From: Patescibacteria group bacterium
Lineage (GTDB): Bacteria; Patescibacteriota; Minisyncoccia; Phycocordibacterales; UBA9973
Assembly (NCBI GenBank): GCA_040384365.1
Contig: JAZKJK010000015.1
Coordinates: forward strand, 1,093-63,489
Length of the DNA: 62,397 nucleotides
Reading direction: 5' to 3'
Under the pieces are notes generated by a model. That model was not told where the DNA came from. It saw only the letters and a list, made by a program, of their open reading frames with translations, and ran no database searches. Each line of letters begins with the position of its first letter. The stretch's first letter is position 1. The translations under genes were made by a program, and so were the position numbers. Positions 25,809-35,132 of this stretch are shown here, piece after piece.

Positions 25809-26848
25809 TACACTTCCTCCGCAAATTTTTTACGAATTTCTTTTAGAATCTGGTCAGCTATTTTTTTATTCTCTTTCAAGAATGTACGGGTAGCATCATA
25901 ACCCACACCCAACTTTACTTTCTCGGCTTTTTCATCCGCCGGCTTATGAAAGTAGGAATTTCCAGTTTTTTCTATTATTTTAAATCTTTCGCCGAGGGCC
26001 ATGATTTCGCCTTCTTTGGAAATGCCTTCATTGTAGATGATATCAAACTCTGTTTGTTTGAACGGCGCCGCGACTTTATTTTTGACTATTTTTACTCGAG
26101 TGCGGCTGCCGACGACTTCTTCACCTTTCTTTATCTGAGCTATTTTACGGATATCGAGGCGGATAGAAGTGTAGAACTTGAGCGCCTTTCCTCCCGGAGT
26201 CGTCTCAGGGTTACCAAACATGACGCCGATCTGCATTCTGATTTGGTTGATGAAGATGACGACGGTTTTGGATTTAGCGACTATGGCGGTGAGTTTGCGG
26301 AGAGCTTGCGACATCAGGCGGGCTTGCTTGCCGACGTGGTACGCGCCCATATCGCCCTCTATCTCGTCTTTGGGGGTGAGCGCGGCCACAGAGTCTATGA
26401 CGATGACATCGATCTTGCCTGTTCGCACCAACGACTCTACTATCTCAAGCGCCTGTTCGCCGTTGTCTGGCTGAGAGATGAGTAAATTATTTATATTCAC
26501 CCCGAGCTTTTTGGTATATTCTGGATCCATCGCATGTTCGGCGTCTATGTAGGCGCATATGCCACCGAGTCTCTGGGCTTCAGCGACAATGTGGAGCGAT
26601 AGGGTAGTTTTGCCGGAAGATTCTGGTCCAAATATTTCAATTATTCTGCCGCGGGGTATACCGCCGACGCCGAGGGCCGTGTCTAGGCCGATAGAGCCCG
26701 TCGGAATGACATTAATGTCTACTTTTGGCGAGTCACCGAACTTCATAATAGAACCCTCGCCAAATTTCGTCTGGATTGCTTTCAAAGTGTCCTCGAGTAC
26801 CGCTATACCCAAAGTCTTGTCTTCCTTTTTCTCCTTTTTCTTTAACAT
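25808..26848 (-). CDS. recA: recombinase RecA
   Basis: Present are the Walker A motif [18 protein letters not shown], and the L1 and L2 loop regions. Confidence 0.97.
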   Translation of the reverse strand: MLKKKEKKEDKTLGIAVLEDTLKAIQTKFGEGSIMKFGDSPKVDINVIPTGSIGLDTALGVGGIPRGRIIEIFGPESSGKTTLSLHIVAEAQRLGGICAYIDAEHAMDPEYTKKLGVNINNLLISQPDNGEQALEIVESLVRTGKIDVIVIDSVAALTPKDEIEGDMGAYHVGKQARLMSQALRKLTAIVAKSKTVVIFINQIRMQIGVMFGNPETTPGGKALKFYTSIRLDIRKIAQIKKGEEVVGSRTRVKIVKNKVAAPFKQTEFDIIYNEGISKEGEIMALGERFKIIEKTGNSYFHKPADEKAEKVKLGVGYDATRTFLKENKKIADQILKEIRKKFAEEV

Positions 26849-26890
26849 ATTTCTTTATCCATCAGCTTAAAGATTTTACTTTTTAAAATG

Positions 26891-26927
26891 GTCTGGCCGG
26901 GGGAGGGACCCGGAGAACCGAGGACCT
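26891..26927 (-). terminator. GC-rich hairpin between the small membrane-protein gene and recA (possible attenuator or terminator)
   Basis: On the minus strand the sequence is ggtcctcggttctccgggtccctcccccggccagacc, followed by atttt. It contains a ccggg/cccgg stem. The patch is conspicuously GC-rich within an AT-rich spacer. Confidence 0.35.
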
Positions 26928-26928
26928 T

Positions 26929-27303
26929 TTAAAAAGAAAAATCTTTTTGCTGATATATTAACTTATAATTTTTCTCATCCACATATCCAAACTTGTCCTT
27001 GGCTGTTATGTTGATTATATTATATCCCGACAAGAGTGCAATCGTCTCCTTGAAATTGCCTTCTTGGTCTAGCGAAATTTCTCGGCCGTTTAAGGTTAAA
27101 TTTATGGCATTTTGAGCATTGCCGGTGACTTCCTGGATATTGTTCACGACTTCGATGTTATCGACGATATTTACATTTTTTATTTTTACTCCAAGAATCA
27201 GATTGTGAGAGCCAAAGAGGGCATACACCGCCATCAGAATAAAGAAGGTCAACAAGCTAGCTTTCTGCAATATTTTCTTTAGGTTTTTGTTTGGTTCACT
27301 CAT
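26929..27303 (-). CDS. N-terminally anchored small extracytoplasmic protein
   Basis: There is one N-terminal TM segment followed by a beta-rich region of about 85 aa. The gene is 8 nt downstream of ftsK on the same strand. Confidence 0.5.
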   Translation of the reverse strand: MSEPNKNLKKILQKASLLTFFILMAVYALFGSHNLILGVKIKNVNIVDNIEVVNNIQEVTGNAQNAINLTLNGREISLDQEGNFKETIALLSGYNIINITAKDKFGYVDEKNYKLIYQQKDFSF

Positions 27304-27311
27304 GATCTATT

Positions 27312-29534
27312 TTATATTACATTTTCTCCAGTTTCAGTGCGTTCTATTTTTTCTAACACCTCTCTCGGTTTGGCTCCGTCTCCGGGGCCAATGACTCCGC
27401 GTTCTTCTAGGACATCCATCAGGCGCGCGGCTCTCGCATACCCCAATTTTAATTTTCTTTGCAGATAGGAGGTAGATGCCTTGCCGGCTTCGATGACACA
27501 AGCCCTGGCTTCTTCATACATCTCATCGTCATCTCCCATATCTTCGTCACTATCGAGTGTGCTTTCAAAAATACTTTTGTCTGCCGATATGGAGCCGGTG
27601 GATAGGGCTATTTCTTCTGACACTTCGTCTTTATATGCGTCTGCCAAATATTTTACGACTTTTTTGACCTCACTTTCTGAAATAAATGCAGACTGGAGTC
27701 TCTCTGGCTGAGCTTCACCTGAAGAATATAGCATATCGCCAGCGCCCAGTAATTTCTCTGCGCCGCCAGCATCTAGGATGGTGCGTGAGTCTACCTGTGA
27801 GGATACTTTCAAGGCAATGCGAGCGGGGATATTGGCTTTAATGAGTCCAGTGATGACATTTACTTCGGGACGTTGAGTAGAAAGTATCAAATGTATGCCG
27901 ACAGCGCGAGACATCTGAGCGAGTCGCACGATAGCTGACTCAAGTTCTCTAGGGTAGGAACTCATTATATCTGCCAATTCGTCTATAATGATGACGATAT
28001 ATGGCAAGCGGTCAGCATTTACCTCTTCCACCCCTCCTTCCTTAGTTTTACTCTTAACTTTACCGAAGATATTGTTGTGATAAGATTCTATGTCTCGGAC
28101 ACTTTCAGATTCCAATATATCGTAACGGCGATCCATTTCTTTGGCTGCCCATTTCAAGGCGAGGATTGTCTTTTTGGCCTCAGTGATGACAGGAGTGAGC
28201 AAGTGGGGGATATTGTTGTATAGCGTCAGCTCTACGCGCTTTGGGTCTATTAATATGAATTTCAGGTCGTCTGGTCCATTCCTATATAGGAGGGAAGTAA
28301 TGATGGAATGGATAGTGACTGATTTTCCGGAGCCAGTCGTGCCGGCGACGAGGGCATGAGGCATCTTGGCTAGATTACCAAAGACTGATTTGCCCCCGAT
28401 GCTACGACCCAAGGCAATGGTCAAATTCTTGGCAGAATTTTGGAATTTATCGTCGGCAAGGAGAGTCGCGAGACCGACGAGAGATTTTGTCCTGTTTGGG
28501 ATCTCGATACCGACGAGAGATTTACCCGGGATCGGCGCTTCTATGCGGATAGGATGGGCGGCGAGAGCGAGGGCCAAGTCATTTTGCAGTCCGAGGATGC
28601 GTGAGAGCTTCATTCCTTCGGCTGGTTTTAATGCGTAACGGGTGACTGTCGGTCCGACGGTGATCTCATCCATTTCTACTTCAATACCAAAGTTCAAGAG
28701 CGTGCGTTTTATTATATTCGCGTTTGCTTTGATGTCTCCTGTGTTTGGTTTACCTTTATCCTCTTCGAGGAGGGAGAGTGGGGGAGGGACGTAAGTAGAA
28801 ATGAGCCCACCCTTATTCCCCTTGCTCTTTCTAATTGGCATTTCCTCTTCTTCTGGTTCTTGCTCTTTCTTTTTCCCTACACCCAAGGCTTTTTTGATTT
28901 TTTCTCTAGCACTTTCTTCTTCCCCCTCATCTTCCCCCTCAGCCTCTGGTTCTGCTACTTCCTCCTTTGGTTCCCCAGCATCCAATACGGGAGCGGGATT
29001 TTTCTTCAAGATAAAATCCCATATTCTTTTCAAGAATGATACTAGATCAAATCTCATATCAAATATGATAAGAATAGAAATTATAAAAATTGCGCTAAGG
29101 AAAATGATACTAACATAAGTATCAAAAAAGGCGACGAGTGGTGTCGATAAAATACTTCCCAAGAATCCACCGGCATGCCTCAAGATGCCACTCACATCTT
29201 TGCCCGAAGCGATATCTATGATTCCCAAACTTGAAAGTAAAAACATCGCCCCACTGGTGATGCGGATCCAACCAAATTCTGGTGTTTCTGATTTAGTGAA
29301 TGAGTATCCGAGCAGGATACATACTATAGGGAGGAGAAAGTAACCCAAGCCCAGCAGAGAGTCAAAAATCTCGTAAGTAAATATTCCAGCTTTTCCAGCA
29401 ACATCAAAATACGACATTAAAAAAAATAATGCCGCTACAAAAAAAACTATCGCTACTATCCCATGTTTGGTTTGGATTTTTAATCCGGAAGAATAAGTTG
29501 TGTCGTCTTTTTTCTTAGTTCCATTTTTTGCCAT
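27312..29534 (-). CDS. ftsK: DNA translocase FtsK/SpoIIIE
   Basis: Present are an N-terminal set of 4-5 TM segments, an acidic linker, the Walker A motif GTTGSGKS, the Walker B motif IIIDELAD, and a C-terminal gamma winged helix (YLQRKLKLGYARAARLMD). Confidence 0.95.
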   Translation of the reverse strand: MAKNGTKKKDDTTYSSGLKIQTKHGIVAIVFFVAALFFLMSYFDVAGKAGIFTYEIFDSLLGLGYFLLPIVCILLGYSFTKSETPEFGWIRITSGAMFLLSSLGIIDIASGKDVSGILRHAGGFLGSILSTPLVAFFDTYVSIIFLSAIFIISILIIFDMRFDLVSFLKRIWDFILKKNPAPVLDAGEPKEEVAEPEAEGEDEGEEESAREKIKKALGVGKKKEQEPEEEEMPIRKSKGNKGGLISTYVPPPLSLLEEDKGKPNTGDIKANANIIKRTLLNFGIEVEMDEITVGPTVTRYALKPAEGMKLSRILGLQNDLALALAAHPIRIEAPIPGKSLVGIEIPNRTKSLVGLATLLADDKFQNSAKNLTIALGRSIGGKSVFGNLAKMPHALVAGTTGSGKSVTIHSIITSLLYRNGPDDLKFILIDPKRVELTLYNNIPHLLTPVITEAKKTILALKWAAKEMDRRYDILESESVRDIESYHNNIFGKVKSKTKEGGVEEVNADRLPYIVIIIDELADIMSSYPRELESAIVRLAQMSRAVGIHLILSTQRPEVNVITGLIKANIPARIALKVSSQVDSRTILDAGGAEKLLGAGDMLYSSGEAQPERLQSAFISESEVKKVVKYLADAYKDEVSEEIALSTGSISADKSIFESTLDSDEDMGDDDEMYEEARACVIEAGKASTSYLQRKLKLGYARAARLMDVLEERGVIGPGDGAKPREVLEKIERTETGENVI

Positions 29535-29563
29535 AGCGTTATTTTAACATAAATTTAAAAATT

Positions 29564-29686
29564 AAAAACTCTTTCTTGGCATACTTTTTATAAAGCAATC
29601 TATCTCGCAAAGCTTTGCGAGCGAACTGCTCGGCCCGTCGGCCTGCGCAAGGCTTTCTAAAAAGTACGCCTGCGACAAGTTTTTAA
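29564..29686. repeat. about 120-bp structured inverted-repeat element, copy 2
   Basis: It is nearly identical to copy 1 along its whole length, except for paired substitutions inside the two internal hairpins. Confidence 0.85.
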
Positions 29687-29762
29687 TTTTTAAAAGAAAA
29701 TAGTCACTAGAATTTAAAAGAAAAGCTCTTGCTTTTTTACCTGTCCTATATATAATGGACAA

Positions 29763-30560
29763 ATGTTGGACATGGATAAAAATCTCAAAGACTCCGCCGA
29801 TGAGGGTCAAATAGTTGTAAAGGACACGTTCTTATCTATTTCCTATACTAAGACTAATAAGCTTATTACAGCACTGTATATGGTAACGGACATTGTAGAC
29901 AAAGATGAACCGCTTAGAAATAAATTAAGGACATTGGGTGCAGAAATTCTATCGGACATCCATTCCACTCCAGCAAATGCCCATACGAAAATTACTCAGG
30001 TGATGTCCTTTTTGGATCTATCTTCTGCTGTGAATATCATCTCCGAAATGAACTGCGCTATTCTCAAAAAAGAATTTTTAGAACTAAAAGGATCTATCCA
30101 CAAATCAAAGCACGCAAAGCCTATTTGGCTTGAAGAATTTTTAGAAGTGGATAGAGGTGAAGGGGAAGCTAGATCGCCGCTATTTTCTAAACATCCTCCA
30201 TTCGCTATCGGACAAAATAAATCTAAAGGACATGCAGGCATTGGGGTGCAAAAAGGGAGCACCTTGCTGAGGGCTCTGTCCAATAAGAAACTACTCTTGT
30301 CCGATACTAATTCTATTGCCAATAGCAAAGAAAGTTTTGATGTCTTAAAGAAACAAAGACGCAATATTATAAACACGATTATAAAAAACAATGGGGGGAG
30401 TGCCACCATCAAGGACATAAAGATGAAGATGGATACCGAAGATGGCAAGTCTCTTATTTCTAGTGAAAAGACACTCCAGCGTGAGCTGGTGTCCATGACG
30501 AAAGACGGTGTCCTTAATAGGACAGGGGAGAAGCGTTGGAGCCGATATTTTATAAAATAG
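29763..30560 (+). CDS. hypothetical protein with C-terminal winged-helix-like segment
   Basis: This is a 265-aa ORF. The C-terminal sequence KTLQRELVSMTKDGVLNRTGEKRWSRYF resembles a wHTH recognition helix plus wing. Confidence 0.45.
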   Translation: MLDMDKNLKDSADEGQIVVKDTFLSISYTKTNKLITALYMVTDIVDKDEPLRNKLRTLGAEILSDIHSTPANAHTKITQVMSFLDLSSAVNIISEMNCAILKKEFLELKGSIHKSKHAKPIWLEEFLEVDRGEGEARSPLFSKHPPFAIGQNKSKGHAGIGVQKGSTLLRALSNKKLLLSDTNSIANSKESFDVLKKQRRNIINTIIKNNGGSATIKDIKMKMDTEDGKSLISSEKTLQRELVSMTKDGVLNRTGEKRWSRYFIK

Positions 30561-30562
30561 GG

Positions 30563-30589
30563 ACTAGGAAACTAGGCTCTAGGCGCTAG
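30563..30589. repeat. 27-nt CTAG-rich repeat, copy 1 (ACTAGGAAACTAGGCTCTAGGCGCTAG)
   Basis: It matches 56480-56506 at 26 of 27 positions. It starts 3 nt after a stop codon. Confidence 0.8.
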
Positions 30590-30710
30590 TTAAAATTAAG
30601 ATCAAAAAAACTATAGCCACAAACTAGCCTGACTTGCATTTTGTCCTAAAATATGAGAGTATAAATACGTGGGTTTTACTAGCTTAAATGCAAGTTATCC
30701 ACATAGTATC

Positions 30711-30739
30711 TTGCTCTGCCTTGGGGCTCGTATTATAAT
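30711..30739 (+). promoter_or_regulatory. candidate sigma70-type promoter (ttgctc-N17-tataat) with a consensus DnaA box just upstream
   Basis: The -10 tataat is at 30734-30739. TTATCCACA is at 30695-30703. A leader of about 300 nt would precede the surface-protein gene. Confidence 0.3.
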
Positions 30740-31050
30740 GTTCTTGTGATTACAAGTTGCGCACTTTTGTGTTCATCATGTATTCACAAATTGTATTTAT
30801 TTTTCTTGGATTATCGTTTGCGATTTCGTCGAAAAAATCTCAAGTGATACCGGTAAAATAAATGGAAAGGTCATTGAAAACCAAATAAGGAAATCTTACG
30901 GAATTTATTCTGTAGGATGAATAGTTTTGTTTTCAATGTGTTCAGCCAAAGGCTGGTCAGCCCTAGGTTGAAGTTAAATAGTTCTCTGTTCATTATTTAT
31001 TTGTCCGTCGCATTATTAACAATTATTAGTTTATTGGCGGAGAAAAAATA

Positions 31051-33129
31051 ATGATAAGAAAAATTACGCTTTTAGTTTTGTCGAAACTTATTAATGGCGT
31101 AGAAAATTATAAAAAATTTATGAGTAATTTATTAAAATCAAAATTCCTTCTTGGAGTTATGACTTTGGCAATTATGTTCGTTGGTGCAGTTGCAGTTGCA
31201 ACTACAGCTTCAGCTGATTGTTCAATCACAACTACATTAAGATTAGGTTCTGCAGGCGCTGAAGTTGCTTGTCTTCAGTCAAAGCTTAATGGTGGTCTTG
31301 TCGCTGATGGTAAATTCGGTCCTATGACTGAAGCTGCTGTCAAAGTTTGGCAAGCTGCTAAAGGCTTAACAGCTGACGGCATAGTTGGTCCTATTTCAAG
31401 ATCAGCTTTGGTAGCTAGTGGCTCAGTTTCAGGAAATTTCCCAGCAGGATGTCAATCAGCTGCGGGATACAGTCCAACAACTGGTGCTAAATGCGATAGT
31501 GGTCCTTCAGCTGGTCTTCCAGCAGGTTGTTCATCAACATCTGGCTTTAGTGTAACAACTGGTCAGTCATGTTCTGGTACTACAGCCCCTTCTGGTCCTC
31601 TAGCGGGAACAGCAGGAACAGTAACATACACTCAATTATCACAATACACCAACGAAAAGGTGGGAGCGGGTGTAACTGATGTTAAAGTAGCTGGATTTGA
31701 ACTTGAAGCTTCAGACGGAGATGTCTCCCTTAGGTCATTCAAGTTAACTTTCAGTTCAACTGGAAACGCAGCAGCGGATTCTGATCGTCTCATAGACTAT
31801 CTTGATTCAGTATCTATCTGGCAAGGCTCTACAGAGGTCGGATCAGCTGATGCAGCAGATTTCACTAGAGACAGTGCTGGTGTTTATTCTAAAGTTGTAA
31901 CTGTTTCTAACGCTATCGTTAGAGATGGTGATGTAGAGAAATTCTATATTTCCGTAGATGCAGCAACTAACATAGACTCAGCAGATATTGACTCAGATTC
32001 TTGGGGTGTTGATCCTATTAACGTTAGATATGAAGATGGAGGTGGTGTAGTATCAACAGATACTATTACACAGACTGAAATCCCAATGTCTTTCGTTACT
32101 TCAGCGTCAGCAACTGACACTGAACTCAAGCTAACTGTTGATTCAACATTAAAGGCTGGTGTTCAGACTGTAAATGTTACTTCTGATACAAATGATGTTC
32201 TTCTTTTGAAGGGTACTTTGGAGATAGAAGGCGAATCTGATGTTTGGGTAGATGAGATTCCATTCTTGTTTACTACAAACGCGACTAACGCGGATGCTGT
32301 CTCAAACACTGTATACCTCACTATTGATGGAACAGAGTTTTCAGAATCTATGGGTTCTGCAGTAGGAACTACAGAGACTATTACCTTTAACGAGCTTAAT
32401 AAGACTCTTGCACCTGGTAAATACGTATTTACTGTTACAGCAGATGTGAATGATATTGAGGCAGACGTATTTGACGAAGGCGATTACTTGTTAGCAGAAT
32501 TAACTGCTACTACTCGTGCTTCTGTCGTCGCTCTTAACACAGAGGGCGGAGATCAGTTGACGGACGGTACAGAAATGACTGGTGTTGCTGCAGGCACTAT
32601 CCAGTACTTCTATTCAAAATCACCAAAAGTTGAAGTTTTGTCCAGTTACGGTAGTAATTGTGAAAGTAGTATCAAAGCTAATGATAATGGTTCAAGTGCT
32701 CCATCTTCTGCAACAGCTAAGTTGTGCTTAAAGATTACAGCAAATGGAGGAACTATCTATCTTAACGGTAATGATGAAACTACTCAAGCTAAAGAATTCT
32801 TTGGCATAGCTATTGACGGAGGTGATGCAAGTTCAACTATCGCTAACAATGGAGGATATTCATTTACACCATCAGGAACATATACTGTGACTGATGATGC
32901 TACTGATAATGAATACTACACTCTAAATGAAGGTGATGTAATGTATGTCGGTATAGAATCTACGCTTGTAGAAGGAGTTGGTTCAGCTGCTATCCTTGTA
33001 GGTATGAAGGGAGATGAAATCCTCTTCGGTACTGCAAGCACATCTGATACCACTCGTTCAGCTAATACGTTGAACTTCACAGCTCTACTTGATATCCTAA
33101 AGACAGGAAAGGTAACATTGGATAGCTAA
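31051..33129 (+). CDS. secreted cell-wall-anchored surface protein (PG_binding_1 domain, two C-x13-C motifs, acidic Ser/Thr-rich beta region)
   Basis: GGAG lies 8 nt upstream of the start. The signal/TM segment is LLGVMTLAIMFVGAVAVATTASA. The PG-binding pattern is GSAGAEVACLQSKLN...DGKFGPMTEAAVKVWQ. The two motifs are CQSAAGYSPTTGAKC and CSSTSGFSVTTGQSC. Confidence 0.75.
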   Translation: MIRKITLLVLSKLINGVENYKKFMSNLLKSKFLLGVMTLAIMFVGAVAVATTASADCSITTTLRLGSAGAEVACLQSKLNGGLVADGKFGPMTEAAVKVWQAAKGLTADGIVGPISRSALVASGSVSGNFPAGCQSAAGYSPTTGAKCDSGPSAGLPAGCSSTSGFSVTTGQSCSGTTAPSGPLAGTAGTVTYTQLSQYTNEKVGAGVTDVKVAGFELEASDGDVSLRSFKLTFSSTGNAAADSDRLIDYLDSVSIWQGSTEVGSADAADFTRDSAGVYSKVVTVSNAIVRDGDVEKFYISVDAATNIDSADIDSDSWGVDPINVRYEDGGGVVSTDTITQTEIPMSFVTSASATDTELKLTVDSTLKAGVQTVNVTSDTNDVLLLKGTLEIEGESDVWVDEIPFLFTTNATNADAVSNTVYLTIDGTEFSESMGSAVGTTETITFNELNKTLAPGKYVFTVTADVNDIEADVFDEGDYLLAELTATTRASVVALNTEGGDQLTDGTEMTGVAAGTIQYFYSKSPKVEVLSSYGSNCESSIKANDNGSSAPSSATAKLCLKITANGGTIYLNGNDETTQAKEFFGIAIDGGDASSTIANNGGYSFTPSGTYTVTDDATDNEYYTLNEGDVMYVGIESTLVEGVGSAAILVGMKGDEILFGTASTSDTTRSANTLNFTALLDILKTGKVTLDS

Positions 33130-33191
33130 TCCGATTAACCTGACTTCTTTAGACTCTGGCCAATACGCCTTAAAAAGTATTACAAAACAAC

Positions 33192-33222
33192 CCCCGACTC
33201 TTACGAGAGTCCGGGGTTTTTT
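33192..33222 (+). terminator. rho-independent terminator after the surface-protein gene
   Basis: The arm ccccgactc pairs with gagt(c)cgggg and is followed by T6. Confidence 0.6.
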
Positions 33223-33252
33223 GTTTGTCTAAAATGTTGTATAATACCCTGC

Positions 33253-35067
33253 ATGAGCTCAGTTATCAGGAAAATAATATATGCTTCAGTATTTATTTTG
33301 CCGTTTATAATTTTCCCGCACACCACATATTCAATGGTATTTTCGAAATCTCTTTTTTTAGAAGGAGCCACTCTCGTTCTTGGCGCTCTTTGGATAATTG
33401 GCAAGCTTAACAGCAAAGAAAAGCAAAAAGAAAGCGAAAAAATACCAAAGAATATAGTTTTTTTTGTTTTTGGGCTTTATGCGCTTTTCCTTCTGGTTTC
33501 AGGTTTAAATAGCCTTGTTCCTGGGCTTTCATTCTGGGGCAGTCTCGATCATGGAACTGGGGTGGTTTTTATGTTGTGTTTACTTACCTTTTCTTTAATT
33601 ACCAGTTCTGTGTTTAAAACACTCGATGATTGGTATAAATTATTTACAGTTTTTGTTTTTTCAGGCATTTTCTTTAATTTAGGAACTTTTTTGACTATGG
33701 TTGGTATTCATTTTTCTAAAATCTACAATCTTAATGCCTTAAGTGGTTTTCTTATAGGTAACTCATCTTGGGCGGGCGTTTATCTTTCTTTTGTGTTTTT
33801 TATAGGGCTTGGTCTCATGCTTGCTTCAAACGTAAAAAGTCAGAGGATCATCGGTTTCTTGGCGCTCGTGACTGCCTTCCTTAATCCTAGCTTGACTGGT
33901 TTTATCCCCCAAGCTTCGGATGCTTCTTTTAGATTTATCGGCTTAGCTCAAACAGCTTCTTATTCCCTTATCGCAAGTTTTGGTCTCTTTGTGCTTTATA
34001 TTTTTTTTAGAAAAATAAATTCTATAAAATGGAGAAAAGTATTTATAGGATCTTTTTTATCTTTATCGATCATTAGTTTGGTGTTGGTTTCAACTTTAGG
34101 CTGGGGGCATATACGTCAGTTTGTCGCCGAAAAAGCTGGACCGAACAGATTTGTTTTTTGGGAGATTTCAATTTCAGCCCTCAAAGAGCGTCCGATATTA
34201 GGATGGGGAGGGGATAGTTATCAATATGCTTATGCAAAATATTTTGATCCGATTGTCCTTACTCCTGGTTATGCTCCAGAATATTGGGTAGACCGAGCTC
34301 ACAATATTTATTTTGATGAACTTGTTTCCGGCGGAATTACAGGCTTTCTCCTCCTCATGTTTTTATACGGAATTCTTTTATTTGGTTTCATTCGAAATGC
34401 AGTTAGGTTCAAAGAGAAGGAGGGGTTACTATATATGGCGTTATTTTCTGGCGTCGTAGGATTTCTCATCCAAGGATTGATGATATTTCAGATAAATATG
34501 GGTTGGTTCGTTATAGCTATTCTTCTTGCCTTTGCCGCCCGTTTTTGTTTTGAAGATAAAAATATAATTAGTGCTGATGCTGAAAAAAATAATAGAAAAA
34601 AAAATAGAGATGAAGACCACACCTTTAGGAATTTATTCGCAGTTGTTGTTGTAATAATTTTTGGATTTTTATTTAATTATTTAATTATCAAACCATATAG
34701 AGTTGATAATGGATTGGCTAGATTCCCAGTAATGAGATATGAAGCGAGAATGCAGTTTTACAATGAAATAGATAAAGCTTATGTGGGGAATACTACAGAT
34801 CTAGGTAATGCTTTTACCCGGTATCATATTAGACTTCGAAAAATTTTAGAAAAAGGATTAAAGGAAAAGGAAAAGAAATTAATGATAGAAGAAATCAAAG
34901 AAATAAATCGTATTTTAGAGAATAGTTTACAAAAACAAGAATACAGGGAATTGAAAACTTTAATGGCGACAACCGGGTTTTATTCTGTGATCATAGCTTT
35001 GACTGACGGAGAGGAAAGACAGGGGTATTACGATCAGAGTCTATTTTATGTGGAATATATCGCTTAA
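33253..35067 (+). CDS. O-antigen ligase/oligosaccharyltransferase-like membrane protein (Wzy_C family) with C-terminal soluble helical region
   Basis: It has about 12 TM segments. The periplasmic-loop signature is WGGDSYQY...DRAHNIYFDELVSGGITGF. Confidence 0.7.
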   Translation: MSSVIRKIIYASVFILPFIIFPHTTYSMVFSKSLFLEGATLVLGALWIIGKLNSKEKQKESEKIPKNIVFFVFGLYALFLLVSGLNSLVPGLSFWGSLDHGTGVVFMLCLLTFSLITSSVFKTLDDWYKLFTVFVFSGIFFNLGTFLTMVGIHFSKIYNLNALSGFLIGNSSWAGVYLSFVFFIGLGLMLASNVKSQRIIGFLALVTAFLNPSLTGFIPQASDASFRFIGLAQTASYSLIASFGLFVLYIFFRKINSIKWRKVFIGSFLSLSIISLVLVSTLGWGHIRQFVAEKAGPNRFVFWEISISALKERPILGWGGDSYQYAYAKYFDPIVLTPGYAPEYWVDRAHNIYFDELVSGGITGFLLLMFLYGILLFGFIRNAVRFKEKEGLLYMALFSGVVGFLIQGLMIFQINMGWFVIAILLAFAARFCFEDKNIISADAEKNNRKKNRDEDHTFRNLFAVVVVIIFGFLFNYLIIKPYRVDNGLARFPVMRYEARMQFYNEIDKAYVGNTTDLGNAFTRYHIRLRKILEKGLKEKEKKLMIEEIKEINRILENSLQKQEYRELKTLMATTGFYSVIIALTDGEERQGYYDQSLFYVEYIA

Positions 35068-35132
35068 ATACGGAGAAGAAGGTCTTGGTCTTTTTAATTT
35101 AAATGAAACTACGGTAATAAAATAAAAAATCT

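Noticed and set aside
25946-26870. Three plus-strand ORFs (179, 98 and 103 aa) overlapping recA.
   Set aside because: These are antisense shadow ORFs of a strongly supported recA gene, and they have a low-complexity Arg/Ser/Asp composition. The same reasoning applies to the antisense ORFs listed within ileS, ftsK, glyQS, the flippase gene and others.
29562-29810. An 82-aa minus-strand ORF between ftsK and the next gene.
   Set aside because: It is almost entirely a translation of the ~120-bp inverted-repeat element (copy 2). Its sequence mirrors the palindromic arms, and it has no start context. It is treated as spurious.
30695-30703. Whether the consensus DnaA box marks the replication origin.
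   Set aside because: It is a single perfect box, with only isolated near-matches tens of kb away. There is no dnaA or dnaN nearby and no clustered boxes or adjacent AT-rich unwinding element pattern. A regulatory site or chance occurrence is more likely.
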